DNA from: Botryllus schlosseri
Taxonomy: Eukaryota
Assembly (NCBI GenBank): GCA_051294905.1
Contig: CM119371.1
Span: 35,652,001 to 35,712,000, forward strand
DNA length: 60,000 bases
Direction: 5' to 3'
A model generated the notes under the pieces. That model worked only from the letters and a program-made list of their open reading frames with translations. It searched no databases and was not told where the DNA came from. Shown here piece after piece: positions 33,854 to 48,139 of this stretch. How positions within the stretch are numbered: position 1 is the stretch's first letter; every line of letters begins with the position of its first letter. The position numbers were made by a program, and so were the translations under genes.

Positions 33854-36799
33854 CTGCAGATGTCACTGTTGTAAAATAAAACTTCCGTCGGAAACACCGC
33901 TGTCTATGAAAATCAGTGGGTCACAATAGTTTTTGATGTAGCCTAGCCTATTAATCCGAAAACAAAGAAGTAAAAAGGAACTAAAGACACACGATTATCA
34001 CCTGCAGCGTTGCTCACCGGATTCAAGTCATATGAGGGACAGTTCAACGATTACCTTTAATTCCGGCATTTTTTTCTTCTTCAATATATGAATCAGTCAG
34101 TCAACAATTGTCACATATCGGTTTCAGTGCGTTTCAGAACAGATTTCCTGAGCCCCAAACTCTCTTTTGACCTTCGACAACCGTACTTAATTACACTCGG
34201 CAACTCGAATTTAAGACCGATATACAGGCTTGTATGAATTTGATTTTCAGGAGAATCGTTAGCCCACGCGTATATTCCCAAATCCCGTCACGAACGAGGG
34301 CGGTTTATCCTATCCATCGCAAATCAAATCAATTCATGTAGATTTGTCACCTCATAATCACATACGGCTAATATGCGTGAAGTACTTGATCTCATATCAC
34401 CATAACCACGCTGCACGGCAAAATAACCAGACAATAACAACAAAACCCATTCTTAGTATTTTTTAATAATGTCTTGCCGTTCCTGTTGATATTTGTAACC
34501 ACATGGAATTCTTACATTCCAATATTAGTAATGCAGTTGAGCAAAGTCGATTAAAAAATCGATTTTACACACGACTATCCATGTCATATAATTATATTAG
34601 AATACTATAGTTCAATTCGGTATTTACCCAAAATCTCCTCTTGAATCATACCTGTCAGGCTACTTGTGCTGAAAGTACATTTGCTACATTTTGCATTCAA
34701 GAGGTATGAGTAAAACAACTTGCACACAATCCTGTGGATATGTCACTTGCCAGTATCATACAGAAATGTCAAAAATAGTATAAAATGGATTTACGTACGT
34801 AAGGGTTGCGTTTAAAACAAATGGATGTTTAACACACTTTGTCTAAAGCATGTTTTAAACAGTGTTTGAACTAGATGCCTTTAAAAAAGTTGTGTATTTT
34901 TAAAGTTTGAGCCCCATTCGCATTTAAAATAAAATCATTCACGCCAGCCAGGAGGAATTTATTACACAAAAAGAAAATGAAGAAACAGATTTTTTTTTGT
35001 ATTCGAAGAGCGTCTTGGAGGTAAAGAGCTTCATTATTTTGCATTCAGCGTATCTTATTATTCATTAATCAAGTACTAAAATCACTGCAGTAGAAAATCA
35101 CAGATATCGCACTCCCGTTGTTCTCCGGGTGTTCGTTGCTTTTTACGTGGGTATCGAGCAGTGATTTCCTTCGAACCCAAGAACAATATTCGCTCGCAAT
35201 ATTATCACTTTTCCACCAAATCGACATGTTACGTCATCGCCATGTGAATGTGTTCGCATTTAGAACGCACAGAAGAGTGAAACTGCACTTGAATCGGTAG
35301 AGTTCGCAATATAACAAAGTCTGTAGTACAAACAAAGGTGGTACGAATACGAAATAGACAAATTTTTCCTACGGATCAGCAAGCTTAGTGGCATCACCAA
35401 TTAATTATATATTGACCTATGCCTTAAAGATCTAGACTCGGCCTGATATCATCAGTTCAAGAACAGGAAAGCGTGTCTAAGCCTAAATTGTGTAGTTCGC
35501 ATTACAAACAGGCTATCTTGCAATGGTAAGTAGATAAACTGCCCAGTGACCTAACATTTCGATGTAATGCAAGATAAAGATTCATCGGACGTAAGGCATC
35601 AATGTGCTTACTATAATTATATTTTTAACAGCCTCTAATACTTGGTTAGGTACACGAGTAAACAGCACATGTTACAGATTTACTGTGCTGATTGTTATAG
35701 TTGAAGAATGTCGAAAGTGCCAGCGTGATAAACGCAGAATTATGGTGCCAACCAACATGAATATGTGCCAAAATTCCAATACCTTTCATTCAAAAATGCC
35801 AAATCTCAACACTAGCATCGGCTGCTATTACCTACAAGGTCATTACACGGCGGATGTTTCCGAGCAACTGATACCGATTCCACTACTGCTTTTTCTGGCA
35901 TGACGTGATACTCTCACGCGGAAGAATTCTCATAAACTTTGCAATATAAACGCATCGGGAGCGTTCACACTTGTGAACCAGAAAACCACAGCTACCAACT
36001 AGTTTTAGAATTGCCTCCAAACGACAAAAGGTACGGCCTCACTGTACTTAAGTTATTAAGTTTATTTCAATCATTCTAAGGCAGAAAAAGTAAAAAAATT
36101 TGGACAATTTTCATTCGAACTTGATCCGGATTTTCATTCGCACCATTCCAACCACGCTTGTCATTCACACTGAAATTTTTTCCATTCGGACATGTGAGAA
36201 CCGTTACAGAGGTTGAAAAACATTGCTATAGCCGTTCGGTCGATGATCTATGTCACTGTCAGAAGAGGATGATTACTATTGTAGCGGACCGCTCACGTGA
36301 ACGCCCGAATACCACTCTGATTGATTGCTATTATTGCGTGATCTTGATGCTACTTCTTCTAGCTTCCGAGGTTCTTTTGGAAGTCGACTTTTAGGATTCG
36401 TGCTAGTATCGTCGTTTCATTGTAGTTGTTTTAAATACAAGAACTATGCGATCGTCTTTACTTGATCGATTTGGTATCCGCAGACCTTAGGGAACACGCC
36501 AGGAACACTTCGCGCTATACCATCAGGTTCAACTGGATCCTGAGACTTGCAAGTTCAACGAATATATTGGAACAAAGATGGGTACAACCAATATATAACC
36601 ACTATACGCAAAGACGAAACCAAGACTTTAGTGCAGCAACGAATTCATACAAAGACAACAAAAACCAAAAAAATCCACTTCCTCTTTTATCAGTATAGTA
36701 GGCCTACTAAACGCATGACTCCTGTAATATTGCCGGAGTCAAAATGGTCGGCAGGGCAGTTATATTACATGGCTTTAGTGGCTGCTCTAGAGTTGTAAC

Positions 36800-37315
36800 T
36801 AGGGCTGGTCACAATGATTCGAGTACTCGAATCTGAATCGAGTATTTATTTTAATGATTCGAGTCGAGTAGCAAAAGTCGATTTTTTCGAGTACTGAAAT
36901 TGTACGCTTATCGCCACTGAAAGTTAATTTATCATCTAGAATTATAGTTTCGATACTATCATCCACTGTTGAAGCCTTGAAACCTTGATTGGCGGTGTCG
37001 TAGCATACGAAACATATCGTACAAAGCTACGAAGGTTACTGGACGTAGCACATTTCCGAAGTCATGATTATCCCACAACACTGTTACCAAGTGGAATGAA
37101 ATCGGTATGGTCGAAAAATACCAAAGTATCATTTATGAGAAGGATAACAGGCATTATATTCTTTGTGGTGGCATAAACGGTACATATTTGAAATTTGACG
37201 TATTACATTCTGTCATGGCGTCATAATGAGTGATACTCGATTACTCGACTCGACTCGAAGCATATTACGTGATTCAGAATCGAATCACTCAGGTACTCGA
37301 TTTTGCCCAGCCCTA
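36800..37315. mobile_element. CTCGA/TCGAG-repeat hAT-like MITE
   Basis: TIR TAGGGCTGG / CCAGCCCTA, TSD GTTGTAAC / CTTGTAAC. Confidence 0.85.
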
Positions 37316-37417
37316 CTTGTAACTATAAGTTTCAGGTCGCCCCGCTAGCAAGATGTATCGAATATACGAATTTGGACACCAAGTCTTACGCAGGCAGGGT
37401 TGTACGGATGATTAAAC

Positions 37418-37825
37418 TAGGAGTGCCGTATTTTGGAATCCCCAAAGGAAGACACTCTATAAAATTCATAAAGGTTACTTTACCGAAATTGAAAAGAGCT
37501 GATTTTTTTTTTATATATACTGGAAATCTTGGTGTGTTGACTAAAAAGAGGTTGTCGCTTTGACTCCACTCCCGGATTAGCCACTTTTTACGATACTTAT
37601 GTGGTGTTGACTAAAAAAATGTCATCACTCAGATTCGACTCCCGAATGACCCGCTTGTCCGCATAACCTATTTTTATGCCGATTTTCAGTTGCTCCTGCG
37701 CATTAGTCAAGCCGTAAAAGCTGTGAAGGAGACGGAGTGCCGAAAAGGAGCACATTTAGGCGTCCTCGGGGGACATTTTCAATTTACTGGAAAAGGAGCA
37801 CAAATCCTAATGGATGGTAACCCTG
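37418..37825. mobile_element. hAT (Blackjack-like) MITE
   Basis: Right TIR ATGGTAACCCTG, perfect TSD GATTAAAC. Internal sequence is the reverse complement of 24712-25138. Confidence 0.8.
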
Positions 37826-40800
37826 GATTAAACACCAGCTTTTAATGCTGGGTTTCCTTGGCTCTCAGTGGGGGCCGACGCGATATTGGGACTGACTTGA
37901 GTTTTAGTAGTGCACTCTTAGTTTTTGTGCATAGGATATAATGATCCTATTACTATTAGTTGAAGACGGCAATTTGTCCAATTTACATCAATGATGGCCT
38001 CCTCCTATGTCAGGATTAAGGGGGATGTACTATAGCAACACCTACTTCGTCAGCATTGTGCTACAACACCGAAAGCATTGGTTCTCAATAGACGTTTCTC
38101 AGTCCAGTTAGGCAGCCACAGGTTTCGAAAAAGATATCATCATCTTCACTGCGAAATTAATTGTGTGGTTACGATAAGGTGTCAAGCTTTTAATGCGCCT
38201 TTAGTACTGCAAAACTGATCTATATCATGCTAAATTCTCTTGTGAGCCATGCAGCAGATTGAAGATTTAGGAGAATTCTCTACAAATACATTTGATGCAA
38301 GCCCCTATATTCCAATGTGTCGTGCCGCGATTTATCACACCAGGCATCAGCGTGAGCGAATTTCGCGCCTCATCATCGCAGTTCGCTTGCTAGCGTCCGA
38401 AATCGTTATCGGTAAACAAGGACTAACCCGTGAAATCGTTCATGAAAACATCTCCTAATTTTCGCGGATTCCTAACATCCCGCGACAAATCTGACACTGT
38501 TTACTACAGAATAATCGGGGGTACAGGAAATACTCGAGTGGCCGGATAAGTGTTTCGTGATGGTGTGGTCGGTATGATTGTCAGCGGGCGGGGAACATTT
38601 GGTGTAGGATTTCGTAAATGATGATAATATACATTTTGTACTCTATAAGCTATTACTTTGATAGTGTCCCAAACGCGTAGTAATGTTGCATTATCCGCAC
38701 CTCTGCACCTAATTCGCGTTTGAAAAGAACTCGATAGCACTGCGGTCGTACTCGCTATGACGTCTCAGACATAGCATACTCTTACCACATAAGTGCTCTG
38801 ACATCTCAATATCGATGAATAAGTACAGAAAACAAAACTATAATTCTGTCTCCACGTCAATCATGGGCTGTTGACATAAGCAACCCCTTTATTGATAAGA
38901 TAAAATGACTTCAGAAGAGTATTCCGAAGTTGAGTTACTCATGATTTCCTGAATACAACATCGCCAACCCACCAGACCATACTCTGGCGATAAGTATATG
39001 ATGTGATCTACGGATTCTCGACAAGAGACACAGAACTTAGGTAATTATATCAATGACACGATATGACAAAGTTGTTTTCACAATACTCACGGAACGGTGG
39101 ACAATTTAATTATACGGATTCGGCTAACATTGCGTCCCGGTGTCGTCCTCTGGGCTTTAAGTTGCACCAAATTAATGATAGAAGCGCTTACCGGCAAGAA
39201 AAGTAAATTGAAGGCTGATTGCTATCACTCTCTCAAATTTTCAAAGGGATTCGATTCCGAAACCAGTAATAGGCTTCAAGTCAGGTCGAGTGTTCGAGTA
39301 GCCTATCGCCTATTTTGATGCCATGCAACTATTGATGATGTGAAAAGTTCAAATAAGTACCTTTTATGTGAACAGAACACAAATAATACCATTTCTACAC
39401 CGCATAAAGATAGTGGCAATTTCTCAACCAATCCTATGTCTTTGCACTTTGTGACAATGCCGTGGGCTGATCAGGAAATGGCCTGGCATTTTACCGCACG
39501 TTTGAGATGCCGTGATACTACCAATTGAGGATTCAGGACGTCCACGCTGGAGAAATGCATAGCCAGTATAATTCTCGTTGAGAAAATATAACCCTGCTTA
39601 CTGGAAAGGGCGTATGTTTCAGTTCTCGAAAAGTTAGTCTCTCACTACTGGGTTCGATTCACTATAATTAATACACAGCCTACTACACTTTAGCGACATT
39701 GACTTAACTTACCGCTATTCACGATTCATTCTCCAACACCAATATGTTCATATACGGATTAAAACGTCATATGCGAGTTAACGAGTGGTGTATGGCACGG
39801 GTTCCCCCTTCGATTGAATGTTTGTATCCGACGGATGCCTACTCTTGAATTCCTGCTCAAGCGTTGGACGTTTATCTAGGCTCCCTATTGCTGTGCTCAG
39901 TGTCGCACAAAGTCGGTAGAGATGTCGGGCCGTGCTATAAGTCGGCAGATAAGGATTAAACAGTTATCGTGTGTAGCTGGCTTGAGGTGATCAATTGATC
40001 ATTCACCAACGACAACAAAGCGTCACGTGACTTATTAGATGATATACATCACAGTCGTTATGAGAGCATCCGCATTTGTTTCTCAAGTTGACATAACGTA
40101 TAATTTTTTGCCGCCAAACCTCGATTTTCTGCCGATGTCAAAATGTGACACATTTCAAGTATAAATTCTAATCAGTGAAAATAGTTTGAAAAATACATCC
40201 CTATCAACCTCTTTGATTCACAATGGAACTGTTGCAGAGTAAAAAGAAAACTAACATTTCCATTTGAAGGGGCTATATTTTTGTTGAGCAAAGATATATT
40301 TTCCACATTCATCAACATTTTAACTCATCTGGTTTTCATAGATCAGTCCTGTCGCATGGAAAACAGAGCAGAGCTCCCAGTCCTTGCTTTTTGTCGGCAT
40401 CGTCAATTGACAGCATTAACATTTTCGCTATTGCCTAAACAAGCTATAGGTAGCATAATGAAATCAAAGTAATGTTTTGGCTTTTCGGGAGTTCCCCGGT
40501 GGGTGTAGCCTCCAACCAGCCGCCATACTTACTCAGACATGTACTCGGTACGGGTATGGACGTCATAATAGAATAATGGTTCATAGCAATGGAGAGATCG
40601 AAACCACATTTTGTAATGGTAACAATTTTAGATACTGATAGCAAAGAATATATGGTAACCGTAATGACCTAAGAGCCCGATAGTTTGAAGTGATGACGTC
40701 ATTGGACCAGGTGATAACTATCGGCCGGAGTTTGCCGATACCGATATCTTGACGGTGGCAGACATCGGCGCCTAAATATCCGTCCGTAACGCTTCGAATC

Positions 40801-41784
40801 TAGAAACTCGCAATCATATTGAAGAGTCTTTGAACGCGTGTCGTACTGCCTTTCTCTAATTTGTATCTCCGGTCCTTTTTTTTCTTTCTGCCGTCCCTCG
40901 GGTTTTCGAGTAGCAGGCGGAAAGAATTGAATTAAGGGTGGCTTGGTTTTCGAAAGATACAAGGTAGATTAACCGATTACATCTATGGCAACACTTTCAA
41001 GCAAATATCCACTGAATTCCCCCCAGAACTGATTTTTCGCAGAGGGCCTATCGCTCTTTACCATGCTACTTTCATGTTCGATGCCTTGGAGATGTGGGTT
41101 TCGAATTAGTTATACTTTTCGTCGGCTATTGTGAAAGACATCGCCCTATTTGTACGGCAGGATACGTTGTTGTTTTTATTATAATCGTGCACCACGATTT
41201 GAAGTAAATCTACAGAACTCAGTTTATTCATATTGCCCAGTTACATACTTCGAAATAGCCTACTTCGAATGATATGCACTATATCCGTGTGATATGCAAA
41301 TATGAGATTATTCCTAAATAGTTAAAGGAGAATAGAACTAAAGGTTATGGCTGCATATGGACCTTCATTTTATCATAGGTTTCCTGGAGTCACGTGACAT
41401 GTATATAGCATATCGTCAAAACATCTTCGAACTGTTCGTAGAGACATTCCTCTCTACGGACACGCCTCCATGAGAATCACGCTCTCGACGTATCGAAGAT
41501 AGTCCGATGCTTAACATTCGACATTCTCTATGTTTATTGGTTACGTGGCACACATCAAATTGTTGTTCAAAATTGCTGGGATATATCAGGAAATTGAATC
41601 TGTAGCTGCTTCTGTGATAATGTAACGTGACGTACATTGACAAGTTATGCCGAATATGCGAGATACAAATAACGGAGAAAAGCGATGAGCGCGAAACGAA
41701 TCTATATAACCAGTTAAAGGCATGTCTTTAGTATATACGACATGCGAGGAATATTTTCAGTAAGTGTTAATGCAACTTAGAATC

Positions 41785-41968
41785 CAGACTTGTAAAAACT
41801 ACTAGATGTTTAAAATTCGCTGCTACAACTAAAACTAGAACTATTCACTTTTGAAAATACGCAACCAGAACTGGATGGAACTACTCACTTTTCAAAACTA
41901 AAACTAGAACTACTCAGAAGTTGTTAGATGACCATCAACTAACTAAATTGGTAGTTGGTACAAGTCTG
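41785..41968. mobile_element. AACTA-repeat hAT-like MITE
   Basis: TIR CAGACTTGTA / TACAAGTCTG, TSD TTAGAATC / TTCGAATC. Confidence 0.8.
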
Positions 41969-44900
41969 TTCGAATCATTATATTCTTGAACACAGCAAAA
42001 TTACTTCAAGCCATATCGTGACAAGACTTTGGTGACTTTTCGCCACCGAAACACCGCATGAATATAATGATATTACCAACGGGGATATGTTTGTGATAGA
42101 GTGATAATTCTCCAAGTTTTTATGATTTACGTAAACGCTATACTAGTGAAGGTAATATTCTATTCTATTATATTCAGGTTCGGTGCAAATTGAACACTTC
42201 TTTATCGAACTCTCTGAATGCTTCTTTCATTAAAGCTTCTCAAGATTTGCTGTTGGCCAACAGCATCAGAAATGCTTCGCAACAAAGTTGAAATTTGAAT
42301 ATTTCAAAACACGATTTCCGATAAAGATTTTTTTATTGCTTGCGCGTGCAAGATCTGATAATCTATCAGCTGTGAATTCTGCACGTGCGGTCGTTTGCAA
42401 TGCCGCAAATGGGCTCCATGCCAAGTCCGCTTGAACTTAAACTTAAAAATGAACATGAGCATCTACGTTGTGAAGTACATCGCGCCGCAATGTCAGAATC
42501 GACATAGTATGTGGGTAGCAAAACACAGGTATTCTGAGAAATCGAAGGAAGAGAATCAGTATCGTGACGTGGGTTTGCTATATTGACGTCACATCGTGGC
42601 ACGGAATATCGTAATGAGCCAGTCCTTTCAGACAGGTGCACGATAATTTTCACGATAATAAATTTCTAACACAAACTTGAAGTGGCGAAGGCCTGACATG
42701 CTAATGTCATGTCATGAAGTTTATCAAATATGTAGATATCAAAGGAATTCTACTATTTACCTGCCAAACTGCTATAACTGACAGCAAACTAATTTTTTCT
42801 CCATTCACGATTATTAATATTTGCCAAAAGCCGCAGTTTTCGATAAATTGTATAAGTGAATCGCTAAGGAAGTATAAAGGTTGCCAGGTTTTTCTTGCCT
42901 ACATAGCAGTTCGAAACTTGCATTTGTAGATCAATATCTAGTCATGTATTTCTACTAAAACGCGACATTTTATAGCCGAGACACCTCAGATTCGTAAGCC
43001 TAAGTTCGTTATGCAACCAAATAACCACGTTTAGATATTGACGCCTAAAGAACTACAACAAATATCTTGTGTTAAATTACGTTGATAGTGTTTCCAGTCA
43101 GGTTCAACAGCAGTTCGCGCGATGGAGATTAGACACCGCTGATGTTCTTTCTCGAGTTCAGTGGTACTGCAGGTATTTTGTATTCCCTATACGATTTAGC
43201 TATCTCTATTTTCGAGTTGGTTTTAACATTAGCTGTTACGTAACTGCTGGATAAATCTACTTCAATTATCTCGATCCCTATAGCAATCCACAACTTTCTG
43301 ACAAGGACAACTGTTTGTCCGTGCCATATAGTTTTACCACCCGATATATTAAAGCTTCGGCCATGATAATTTAACGAATATAGTTCATTCTCATAAGATT
43401 ATATGGACAGTGCACACAGTCCCACCCAGGGAGTTCTAGAAATCCCTGGTCCCACAACACGACAAACCCTGTTCCATTTTAACAGCGATTATAACGAAAT
43501 CAATAAAGTGAATACATGTGATTTGTGGTCAGTAGCGAACTATACTCAAACTCAAATAGGTTTAGCCTACTTGCACTATATCTACTCAAGTGGTTTTGTT
43601 TTTGAATATACTTCCCACTTTGTAATTCTTTTGTGTGAAACCACTTACTTTTAAGACTTTGGATTTTCCTAAGTAGAAATTAGTTTTGGAATATGTTTTC
43701 ATCACTCTTATGAAAGAAATATAATCATAACGACTGGTCTAAATATCCACTGGATCACGGTAACTGAATATATTATAAAAATATCACCAATTTGTATAGT
43801 GACATTAGTCCTTTCGGGCTAGTCGTGAAGATGCACCCTGGGAATCTACACTTCTATACTTGTAATTAAGTAGATATATACAACTTTACTTCTACGTCTA
43901 CTTGAACACCAACCATGACTACTTTCGCCACCTTTGCGTGAGAATATACTTGTAAAACTTCGTTCTGATGAACAAGGATGTTGTTCCCACCTGCATAAAC
44001 CCCGTATTGCTTTTCATGATGGTTTTCCAATGATACTTCTTGTTTTCGATAGATTTATAATCTCACGATAGGATATATATTATCACAGAATGATTCGACC
44101 AAATGTGATTTTGTGTTGTACTCTATTTTGGAGAACAAATGTTTCCCACTCAAGCCACGCTTAGTACGGTCATTGGTCATCCGGTGCATGAAATACAAGC
44201 GTCCTGATATTATGATTCACGCAATTCCTCACGCAGTGAAGCAGTGAAGCGATGAATTAATGTGGTCAGTCACTGTCAGTATTTTTAAAATTTATTCCTG
44301 CGGTGAATAACGGATTTGATATCATGGTCATCCAAGGAGAAAGTATCTCATAAATATGTGCGTACACACTGTCATATTTGATGTCTCTATATCGGGGCAA
44401 TGTAAAATTTATTCATAGCTGAGTCATGATGACGACCAAGTCGAAACCGCAAGTTACATGCCGTTATTGTTGATGATGATTCATGGAAAGTTATGAATTA
44501 TAAATATTAGCAGTTGGGTGCTACACATTTGAAATCTGGTAGGAATCACTTTTACTTTAACGTATCAGCTATACTAAGTTTCGCATTAAAATATAATTTC
44601 CGCATGGGCCTCGTAAATCATCTGTTCGGGTTATATTTCAAACATCAGACGCGGCAATAAAATGGTATCGGCGTCTATCTCTATGTAAAACTGTCAACTC
44701 CATACGTAGGCCGGCAAACCTGTCTCGACGTTATACCAGATAATTCGCGATCGCGTTGATAAGCCGCACGCAGCGTATTGTAGATTGAGACGGTGGTTGC
44801 GAAGTTCGCATTGAAATCATTAACCGACAGTACTGATAGAGCTCAAAGATGTTGACATGTCGGCGACAAAAGCCCACGATCAAGATGTCGCATGCGGTGT

Positions 44901-45144
44901 AAGATTTGATACAATACGAATCGATTTCGGATAACAAACAAAATACCTAATGAGCGATAATTACTTTGAGTCATCCAGAAAGCGTTTCATTCGTAGCGTA
45001 TTGCCAAACGGAAATTATGACAGAGGGTGTAAACGTAGCCATCTATATTAGAGTCCGGCCGATATCATTACATGTGTTGGAGGTATATCTATACATAGGC
45101 ACCTCCTCGCCATCTCATCCGTATAAGCAGTGTCATATAACAGC

Positions 45145-45415
45145 CTAGAAGTGGAGTAGGCAGCTACGAAACAAGAGTGAAGAACATTGGCCTGGTGAAA
45201 ATGGCCATAGTAGTCGGCAAACATCATGAATACCTCATCCAGGTAACCGGTGTCTTACAAAAAGCCTAGAAGTGGGCCATTCTATAAGTCGCCAGTTGCG
45301 GAATAAAAATGAATAATATTGGCCTGGTGTAAATGACCATAGTAGTCGACAAACACCATGAATACCTCAATACAACCAACCAACCATGAATACCTCAAAA
45401 CAAATAAACAAACCG
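45145..45415 (+). repeat. Tandem pair of a dispersed ~110-bp repeat with (AAC/AAAC)n tail, likely a retroposon 3' end
   Basis: Core TAGAAGTGG...TTGGCCTGGTGTAAATGACCATAGTAGTCGACAAACACCATGAATACCTC. Other copies at about 7400-7500(-), 11405-11495(-), 13900-14005(-) and 59830-59930(+). Confidence 0.7.
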
Positions 45416-45539
45416 ATAACCAAGATATATGGCATCTGGCTAAGGGTGCATTTACAAAATTCCAGAGAATTCACTAAAACAGCTTCGCAGCTTTGCTTGG
45501 ACAAATAAACTACAGGACTGCATCTGAACACCTGTACAC

Positions 45540-46472
45540 CAGTGTTGGGATGACTCGAGTCATGACTTGACTCGAGTCAGACTCGAGTCACCTTTTTCGC
45601 ATGACTTGACTTGACTCGAGTCACTTTGCTAAAATGACTTGACTTGACTTGACTCGGCGTATCAAAAATGTGGATTGACTCGTGACTCGGAGCAAAATTC
45701 ACGAGTCAATTTCAAGTTATAAATTAATCGGTGTCGATAAAAATCACTGTATCTTGCATATGTTCGGATTTTTCGCGAAACGCTGGTGTAACCCGTGAGA
45801 GCGACTAATCATTCAATGATCGTGCGTTTTACTGAGCCTCCATTGTTCTCTCACAAATAAATTGACCACAAACGAAGTGATCGAAGCTTACAGCTTACGT
45901 TGTCGTAAACTAGTAGTACAGTATTATAATAGAAAATTATCTACCTTAACCAAACCTCTTGTTTTATTGATTTTGAATTCGAATATAGTTTATATACACC
46001 TCAACCATTGGCACAGGCTCGAATTGTATCATATCAATATGTATAAATGGGTAAAGGGTAATGTATTGCATCTTATCAATTCGTTTCTCTATTCCCCATT
46101 TTGGTTGGTAACTATAAACTGAGGCTACGTATATGTGAGCGCTACAGCGCCTTCTTGGGTGTATATTTAACTCTATATTCGTTCATTGGTTCAAAATCAA
46201 TGACCACTTAATCTGTATTTCAGAAAGCTAGCAAAATGTAATGACGTAATCATGCCTCATACTACGAAAAGGCAACTTGACTTGAATTTTGACTTGACTC
46301 GTGACTTGACTTGACTTGACTCGACTTGACTCGAGTCACTTCAAAAAATCGAGTGACTTGACTTGACTCGAGTCATCTTCGAAAACCGATTGACTTGACT
46401 TGACTCGAGTCAAAATGTGCAATGACTCGAAATGACTCGTGACTCGAAGGTAGTGACTTGATCCCAACACTA
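45540..46472. mobile_element. GACTT/GACTCGAGTC-repeat MITE
   Basis: TIR CAGTGTTGGGAT / ATCCCAACACTA, with dense (GACTT)n GACTCGAGTC arrays at both ends. No matching TSD. Confidence 0.8.
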
Positions 46473-46648
46473 GGTCTTCAGTTACGAATTATATTTACTT
46501 TTGCGCTGTACTGAAGTAACTTTTTTCCAACTTGTAATAATTACTCAACGGTTATAATTTTATGCTAAAGTTTTGAGTTTTTAGCAAAAACTAGGCGAAT
46601 ACGATATTTTGTATTTATTTACTTGGAAATCGCCAGGATTGTAATGAC

Positions 46649-48139
46649 TACGGCAAGTTCGTGCAGCTTTTGCAACTTTTTTTTACAGTTTCCGGCAGCT
46701 TCCTAAATACTCAGAAGTTACGTAGTCTGGTGTTTTAGTCTGTTTGGAGGATTATTATTAGGGCCATTTAAAGTCAATAAAGTCATATTTTTTTCTATGC
46801 ATCAGTGAGTCGTGCAATCGATTTTAACGTAAAAACCGCATCCCTATGGGGTATATTAACAAAGTTATAAAGTCATATAAAGTCATATTTTCCTGGTTAG
46901 GTCATATTTGAGTTATAAAGTCATATTGTTGTATACTTTAAATAATAAGTGCCAATTTAAGCGGCGAAGCAATTAAGCACCAAGTAAGTAAGGCAATTTC
47001 TGATTGAACGAAGCCAAACTATAAGGTTAGCATACAAAACATTACAGTCACAGACCTGTGAGGTCACACATTGCATTATGTGGTCACATATTGCATCATG
47101 TTGCTACAAAATTTGTTTTACTTCTGTGCACTGAAGTGGGACGTCATTTGAAGTTCAATCAGTGGGTAGGCAAGCTAAGAAGCTGAGTCATGGTCTACTA
47201 ATGTGCAAATACTGTACAACTAGTAGCAAACTGAAGAACATAACAGTTCTATATATACAGTTCACTTCAAGTTTATACATAAGAGACTTAGACATAGAGA
47301 GAATATCTGGTTCAGCATGCCAAAAGTGAGAGAATCGAATGCAGCGAAAGTCCAAGGCTCAAAGCTATTGTAAATGAATTTAAGGACTTCAAAATATTCC
47401 CTACAGAGAAACTGCCCTGTTGCCTCATGCCCCATTGTGAAGCATGAGAAACGTTTATTTGTTGATCAGGATCTTGCAACAGTCAAGCATAAGAAATGGA
47501 TTGAAACAAGAACGACCCGTTCCTCTGTTCTCCAAAAAGCATTCTCTGCAACTGTGATGTTGTGAATGCTTTACTCGTCAGTTCCATGAGTTCGTTACAT
47601 GTAAAACACACGATTTTCACATAAAGTCATATAAAGTCATATTTTCCAAAAAATAAAGTCATATATTTGGTTTTTTAAGGTCATATAAAAATGGCCCTAA
47701 TTATTATGTTGCAACATTTTGCAACTTTTCTCCATTTTTCTCATGCAACTTACTTTGGAATCTTTTCGATTTTTCGAAGTTTTTTCAATTTTTCATACAA
47801 ATATTTGTAATTTTTTTTCGATTTTTCATGCAACTAATTTTTTACAGGAAATATTTGGCACTATGACTGAATAGATCGCTTGCTTATCCCACTGTCGTTT
47901 AAATTTGAGGTACTTTCTGATTTGACGTACATCCAGGCTAGACCACCGAAAGCTATTGATTTTGTGGAAGTCGCCAACACTCAGTTTTGCTGCAGTGCCT
48001 TGGATACGGATCGATTCGAGTATCTCATATACCCTAATAATTTCAAGGAACTTGTCAATAAATGCAACCTTTTGCCGCAACTTATGTGATAAATAAATGC
48101 AACTTTACACGAATTTGACTGCAACAAAAACTTGCCCTA
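46649..48139. mobile_element. TGCAAC-repeat hAT-like MITE (nested)
   Basis: Ends TACGGCAAGTT / AACTTGCCCTA, perfect TSD GTAATGAC. Confidence 0.85.
46759..47699 (+). mobile_element. AAAGTCATAT-repeat hAT-like element with CGGBP1-like transposase 5' remnant (innermost)
   Basis: TIR TAGGGCCATTT / AAATGGCCCTA, perfect TSD ATTATTAT. Internal MPKVRESNAAKV...CPIVKHEKRLFVDQDLATVKHKK. Confidence 0.85.
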
